Notes under the pieces: model-generated
Told to the model about the DNA's origin: nothing
Database searches by the model: none
Seen by the model: only the letters and a program-made list of their open reading frames with translations
Shown: piece after piece, positions 62,480 through 64,000 of the stretch
Numbering within the stretch: position 1 is the stretch's first letter
Layout of the letters: each line of letters begins with the position of its first letter
Program-made: the position numbers and the translations under genes
NCBI GenBank assembly: GCA_000002445.1
Contig: AE017150.2
Span: 32,001 to 96,000 of the forward strand
Length of the DNA stretch: 64,000 nucleotides
Direction: 5' to 3'
From: Trypanosoma brucei
Lineage: Eukaryota

Positions 62480-64000
62480 AAAAAAAACAGTTTCACACGT
62501 GTGGTCCAAAAGCTGCATCAGCCAATACAATATCTTGACAACTTGTCACGCAGTCTTGCCTCAAGAAGAAAATAAAACATTCATCACTTGTTTACTTAAT
62601 TGATAAATGAGATCCCATGCTGTGTTAACTCACGTCTCCATTCAAAAAGTTGACTCAACGTTGTGACGAGGCAGTGACAAAAAACAATCCAAATGCAATT
62701 CCAAATTTCTTCATATTACGTTTTCAGTTTTATTACACATTTCCCCAACCATTCCAAGTACTAACAGGAATAATTTGGTTCTATAATAATGCATGTGTTT
62801 TCTACAGCTCTTTCATTTTGTTATGATCCGCACAAAAATTATATATGTGGTTGTTGATTCGTCCTGTCAATCAAAGTAATATAATAATTAATTTTCCCCT
62901 TTTCTTCATTTTTTCTATTAGCACATGTGCACCTTGGTGAGATCACTTTCACTCATTTGCACTGATTGGTCAACACTATTTAGTTCGTTATTCAACACAC
63001 TCCCTTACATGTCCTCTTCTCACCATTTATAACCCACACGAGCAGCATCAAATATAAATTGTGAAGAGGTATGAGATCACAAGGAGCTCGCTCTCATTGA
63101 GAAGGTTGGATGCGTCATATATATATAATCATGTAATCCCTTTCCATTTCAACAATACGCAAACCTCAACTGCGGAATCGACTTTGAATGAGTTGACCTC
63201 GTCAGCATGAAACGGGGCCCGCCAAGTGGCATGAACATTAATCTTATCAGTAAACATGTGTTTGAGGTGTTGGTAATAAATGGGGTCAAATAAAACATAA
63301 GTGCGTATCATCTCCCCCGTTATGCCCGAGTGGAAAATATACATCATCTCCTTGAATATAATTGTATCCATGTTGTATCAATTCCTCATTCAGCTCTTCA
63401 TCCTTATCGGTACCCAAAGGCATTGCCATCGCCTAACTTTTCCGTGAATGCACTCACGCCTTTAAGCTAACGAGTTCCAGCAACTTTCCATCTGTCATAC
63501 GGCTCGGGAATCCATGAGAATTTATGATCATATCTGTGCAAATGCCTTTACTCATTGAAGGGCATGTTAACACACCATCAGTGATGAGATCCACTACTCC
63601 CTCCAGCCCGTGCCGTGAGGAAAACTTATTTCAGACCTCGGGACCGCGAACTTCTCTCGTAGCAACTTTAACTTTATTGTTATACATTCATCGATATATC
63701 CGAGTCACTGGAAGGTGAGAGATGACCACATTTGGTTCACAACAGCAGGCTGAGGGTATTTATTATATTCAAGAAAATTAGGTCTTGGTTCCTTGAAAGG
63801 CACGGGAGTTTATTTGTTTACCAAAATATCAAACTGACGAATAACCGCACCTTTACTACTGGCAATACCATCAATATTAAAGGCATTGTGTCTCGCAACA
63901 TTTCAATCTGTTGGAAGAATTATATCATACATACTCACCGTTGGGAAGTCTTTCCAGTTCCATCTCATGCTTACAAAAAACAACACGCCACCCATAGCCA
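62480..64000. repeat. Partial L module (internal part), entered from U_B through a poly-A tract.
   Basis: Matches L1 ~10670-12190. The junction is at ccatgaaaaaaaaaacagtttcacacgtgtgg. Confidence 0.7.
63042..64000 (-). pseudogene. Fourth, window-truncated copy of the same RNA polymerase subunit pseudogene (3' part only), in a partial L module.
   Basis: 63129..63371 matches 11317..11559 (VLFDPIYYQHLKHMFTDKINVHATWRAP). The sequence through 64000 tracks L1 positions ~11230-12190. Confidence 0.6.

Noticed and set aside
1-64000. Prokaryote-style features (operons, CRISPR arrays, defence systems, rRNA/tRNA).
   Set aside because: Composition, gene size, gene orientation and spacer structure are eukaryotic (kinetoplastid-like). 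I saw no direct-repeat/spacer array with CRISPR periodicity, no tRNA-like cloverleaf candidates and no rRNA-like conserved stretches.

Overview
This is eukaryotic sequence, not prokaryotic. Spacers are AT-rich (roughly 25-30% GC) and separate ~45-50% GC coding regions. Every sizeable gene is on the minus strand, and polypyrimidine+AG tracts precede the start codons. That layout fits a trypanosomatid polycistronic unit.

The window is a subtelomere-style tandem array of paralogous 789-860 aa P-loop NTPase genes. They share a Walker A motif (GTPGIGKS), a Walker-B-like hhhhD motif and a conserved centre, with divergent N- and C-termini. I interpret them as retrotransposon hot spot (RHS)-like genes of an African-trypanosome-like genome. 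That family name is inference from architecture, not a database hit.

There are seven intact copies in three subfamilies: A (x3), B (x3) and C (x1). There is also one 5'-partial mosaic gene at the window start and one chimeric B/A pseudogene.

The spacers are assembled from four reusable modules, which I call U, L, D_A and U_B. They are joined at microsatellite or poly-A points. A ~13.8 kb block (D_A-A-U-L-B) is segmentally duplicated at an offset of ~31 kb.

The most unexpected element sits inside every copy of the 5.8 kb L module: a frameshifted, truncated pseudogene of the second-largest subunit of a multisubunit RNA polymerase (RPB2/RPC2/RPA2 family). It is co-oriented with the RHS-like genes.

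I saw no rRNA, tRNA, CRISPR array, telomeric repeat array or intact retroelement ORF.
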